In this document: positions 56,287 to 59,081 of the stretch, piece after piece
Layout of the letters: each line of letters begins with the position of its first letter
How positions within the stretch are numbered: the first letter of the stretch is position 1
Origin: Candidatus Woesearchaeota archaeon
GTDB lineage: Archaea; Nanobdellota; Nanobdellia; Woesearchaeales; GW2011-AR9
Reading direction: 5' to 3'
NCBI GenBank assembly: GCA_018302605.1
Contig: JAGVZN010000010.1
Span: forward strand, 3,932 to 63,012
DNA: 59,081 bases
Program-made: the position numbers and the translations under genes
The notes under the pieces: generated by a model
Told to the model about the DNA's origin: nothing
Seen by the model: the letters and a program-made list of their open reading frames with translations, nothing else
The model's database searches: none

Positions 56287-56928
56287 ATGGCAGAAGCTTC
56301 AATCGTGACCGGGACAATTGCTGAATTTATTGATGGCGCTTTATTTTTTGTGATGCTGATGATTGGGTACTATATCGTCCGTCTGTTCATCGTTCCGCCA
56401 CCATCCAAAGAAGAGCGCACGGCAAAGAGAAAAGAGTTGGAAGAACAGCGTGCCAAATGGGGAGAGTGGGTGGGAAGCAAGTTTAAAGAGCGGAAACATA
56501 AAGCCCAGAAAGAACAGCGCAAAGGCGATGTCAGTGTTGTCAAAGATAATATCAAAGATGCGCTGGAAGGGATGGAAGATATTCATTCATTGTTAAATCG
56601 GGGAAACATCGTAAAAACGAAGACGACAATTAATCGCGTCAAGCGGGACTTGTATCATACAGTGAGCAATCTGCGTTTGCTGCGGAGAAAACACGAAGGC
56701 GCAGACCGTCAAACGCTGCAGAAAGCGATTGATGAGGTTCATGCGATTGAACAGGCCTTTGTTGCTGATGTCGAGCATAAGATTCCTTCCACAGTTGATC
56801 CTGATCACACCAAGTATGCGAATAGTGTCAAAGATCCTATAGATGCAGTTGTGAAATTACGGGGCTCACTGGGAACGATCTGGAATGATTTAGAAGATTT
56901 CCATGCTAAGTTTCCCGCTACTCCCTAA
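56287..56928 (+). CDS. Single-TM basic coiled-coil protein, partner 2
   Basis: Starts 1 nt after paralog 3; same length and layout as 53788-54426. Confidence 0.7.
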   Translation: MAEASIVTGTIAEFIDGALFFVMLMIGYYIVRLFIVPPPSKEERTAKRKELEEQRAKWGEWVGSKFKERKHKAQKEQRKGDVSVVKDNIKDALEGMEDIHSLLNRGNIVKTKTTINRVKRDLYHTVSNLRLLRRKHEGADRQTLQKAIDEVHAIEQAFVADVEHKIPSTVDPDHTKYANSVKDPIDAVVKLRGSLGTIWNDLEDFHAKFPATP

Positions 56929-56942
56929 CTATTGGTTCTTTG

Positions 56943-57049
56943 GTATTTGTTTAGCTTCTCCGGCAGGCCGTGCATCCGAGCGGAAATATGCAAAGATATT
57001 TTCTGCTTTTCGCTGTGAAACAAAAGATTTCCGCACCAAAAACAAATAC
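56943..57049. mobile_element. Family D element copy 2 (internally deleted)
   Basis: Homologous to 12905-13062; ends GTATTTGTTT/AAACAAATAC; 8-bp flanks GTTCTTTG/GTTTTTTG. Confidence 0.85.
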
Positions 57050-57063
57050 GTTTTTTGTAGGAA

Positions 57064-57369
57064 TTATTTTGGCTTTTCGTAAATTAAACGGTATCTGCCA
57101 CTCATCCTTTGAAACATTAACGGATGACGGCCGTCGGCACACTCATGGGTTACAGAAGAATAACGATTATGGTCACCCGATAATTCTATTGGCTCCAAAC
57201 AATTAACACACTGGATTATCTTCACCAGATCGTCTTTTTGTGGGCAGGCTGTTTCGCACCATTCACGGTCTGGGTCGAAAAAGAGCCTGCAGGATCGATT
57301 GGGGCACAATAAATAGGTTGTCTTTGTGTCTAGTTCTGATTTCTGGATAGTACCGTTGGCGAGATCCAC
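57064..57369 (-). CDS. Small Cys-rich putative metal-binding protein
   Basis: CPNRSC, CETAC and CVNC motifs; GTG start uncertain. Confidence 0.5.
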   Translation of the reverse strand: MDLANGTIQKSELDTKTTYLLCPNRSCRLFFDPDREWCETACPQKDDLVKIIQCVNCLEPIELSGDHNRYSSVTHECADGRHPLMFQRMSGRYRLIYEKPK

Positions 57370-57416
57370 TCATAGAAACTATACAACCTGAGCATAAAAA
57401 CTTTGTGTCAAAAATC

Positions 57417-57671
57417 TTACAATACTTTCACTTTCTGTCCCAACGCCTGCCCCGGAAGCCCTTTCTCAGGGAAGATAACCCGGACATTGCCTTTGCGGCC
57501 ATGCAGAGCAGAAATTGTGCCCTGAATCTGTGTTCCGGCCGGAGAAGTCCAGACCACTTTCTTACCGATCACTTTCTGCGCTTCTTCGGCGCTGTCCGCG
57601 GCTTTCAGCACCATCTGGTGCGAATTGACTCTATACCGGCTTTGCCGGAAATGCATAACGGTTGCTTCCAT
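57417..57671 (-). CDS. rpl35ae: 50S ribosomal protein L35Ae
   Basis: IGKKVVW, G.ISALHGRKGNVRV.F, GLPGQALG. Confidence 0.93.
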   Translation of the reverse strand: MEATVMHFRQSRYRVNSHQMVLKAADSAEEAQKVIGKKVVWTSPAGTQIQGTISALHGRKGNVRVIFPEKGLPGQALGQKVKVL

Positions 57672-57776
57672 GTTTAAGCTGGAAAGGGGGTTTATTTATA
57701 AATATTTTCGTTCTCGGTGGTGTTTTGTTGAATGGAAAACCTAAATGATTAAAAAAGAATGGTCTACTGTTATTCT

Positions 57777-59081
57777 ATGCTCAAAGGCCAGGTCGTCTCC
57801 GGTGATTTTGGAAAAATTGTGATGCGGGTGAAAGCAGATGCTCCTGTCGAATTGGGAGAACTCGTCGTGATTGAAGAACAGGGAGAGAAATTCATCCTGC
57901 AAGTCTATGATCTGCTCTATGGCAGCCAAATCTCTTCGCAGAATTTGGAAATGGTCGCCGGGATGAGCCTGGAAGAAGGCGGTTTCCAGATGCTCGATGA
58001 GCAGCTGCGTAATTATCAGCTGGCGTTATTGAAACCAGTATTGACAACGAGCGGACAGAGCCGGATGTGCAAGAAACTGCCGCCATTTTTTACAAAGGTA
58101 CGGGCAATAACCAAAGATGACTTGTTGTTTATGACCAAGCCGCTTCATCCGCTGTTCTTGGGAAGTTTGCGCAGCGGCAGTACGGCGCTTGATTTTGACT
58201 TATTTCTGCCGGGAAAAGAGGCATTAAGCCATCACGTTCTGATTCCCGCAAGTACAGGAAAAGGAAAATCAAATCTGATGTCCTGCATGTTATGGGGCCT
58301 GACTAGCGGTGATTTCGCCGGTGTGTTAGTCCTTGATCCTCACGATGAATATTACGGCCGTGTCGGCTTGGGATTGAAAGATCATCCACGGCATGATCAA
58401 ATCTGTTATTATACTCCGGCCAGGCCGCCGCCGGGGGCGCGGACATTAAAAGTTCACCTGACAAAATTGAAGCCGGAGCATTTTCAGGGAGCGATTGCGT
58501 TGTCTGATCCCCAGCGGCAATGTTTGTTTGTCTATTACAAGAGATTTAAACCGGATTGGATCAAGGCAATTTTGGAAGAACGGCGGATCGAAAATGTGCA
58601 ATTTCATGAAGATACAATCTCTGTCGTGAAACGGAAATTATTGGCTTTGCTTGATCTCGATTTCGAAGCCGGGCAATTTCAGTGCAGTGGTATCTTTGAC
58701 GATGTCGCCGGGATGAATACAATCACTGAAATTTGCCTAGAGCTGGAACGGGGAAAAACAGTGATTATCGATACGAGCTATTTCTCCGGCTCGTTGGAGA
58801 TCATGGTTGGAAGCATCATTGCCTCAGAGATTTTTGATAAGTACAAATATTACAAGCGTATCGGCCAGCTTGAGGACAAGCCCGTCATTTCCGTTGTCCT
58901 GGAAGAAGCCCCCAGGGTGTTGGGAAAGAAAGTACTCGAGCAAGGAAGCAATGTGTTTGATTCAATTGCGCGGGAAGGGCGGAAATTTAAGATCGGTCTC
59001 ATTGCCATCACCCAACTGCCCTCAGAGATCCCCAAAAACATTCTGGCGAACATGAACACAAAGATCATTTTGGGGATGGAG
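57777..59081 (+). CDS. herA: HerA-like helicase/ATPase (DUF87), truncated by the window edge
   Basis: N-terminal HAS-barrel-like region, [14 protein letters not shown] Walker [17 protein letters not shown] Walker [16 protein letters not shown]; open to the window end. Confidence 0.88.
   Translation, partial: MLKGQVVSGDFGKIVMRVKADAPVELGELVVIEEQGEKFILQVYDLLYGSQISSQNLEMVAGMSLEEGGFQMLDEQLRNYQLALLKPVLTTSGQSRMCKKLPPFFTKVRAITKDDLLFMTKPLHPLFLGSLRSGSTALDFDLFLPGKEALSHHVLIPASTGKGKSNLMSCMLWGLTSGDFAGVLVLDPHDEYYGRVGLGLKDHPRHDQICYYTPARPPPGARTLKVHLTKLKPEHFQGAIALSDPQRQCLFVYYKRFKPDWIKAILEERRIENVQFHEDTISVVKRKLLALLDLDFEAGQFQCSGIFDDVAGMNTITEICLELERGKTVIIDTSYFSGSLEIMVGSIIASEIFDKYKYYKRIGQLEDKPVISVVLEEAPRVLGKKVLEQGSNVFDSIAREGRKFKIGLIAITQLPSEIPKNILANMNTKIILGME

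Noticed and set aside
1-59081. tRNA, rRNA and SRP RNA genes; transposase or integrase genes
   Set aside because: I found no T-loop/cloverleaf, rRNA or SRP helix-8 signatures by eye, and no ORF with DDE, HUH or recombinase motifs; a covariance-model scan could still find divergent RNAs.

Overview
Archaeal genome window, most consistent with a DPANN lineage (Woesearchaeota-like; inferred from gene content and protein style). The core content is secF/secD, MinD, NAC, Sec61beta, RNase P RNA, RFC small subunit, fibrillarin/Nop5, the large L3-to-L15-secY-DUF106-L34e-L14e ribosomal cluster, pheT/pheS, TrmB, pelota, eS1, Cbf5, L31e/L39e/S19e, L35Ae and a HerA-like ATPase that runs off the right edge. 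Between these are lineage-specific surface lipoproteins, a membrane-anchored GH3 hydrolase and a repeated two-gene membrane module. The most striking non-coding signal is a dense set of roughly 20 hairpin mini-elements or fragments (MITE-like, mostly about 145-180 bp). They belong to several terminal-repeat families, many have 8-9 bp target-site duplications, and no transposase is encoded in the window. Elements with different ends share one internal structural motif: a short GGYC/GRCC-type helix next to a 5-nt ATCTT/CTCTT bulge, with compensatory changes. GGC-ended elements repeatedly insert at the ends of another family, one locus forms a repeat-unit-repeat-unit-repeat mini-array, and two double-hairpin inserts cleanly interrupt an otherwise intact Bro-N gene. 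All annotations come from reading the sequence by eye; no database searches were run.
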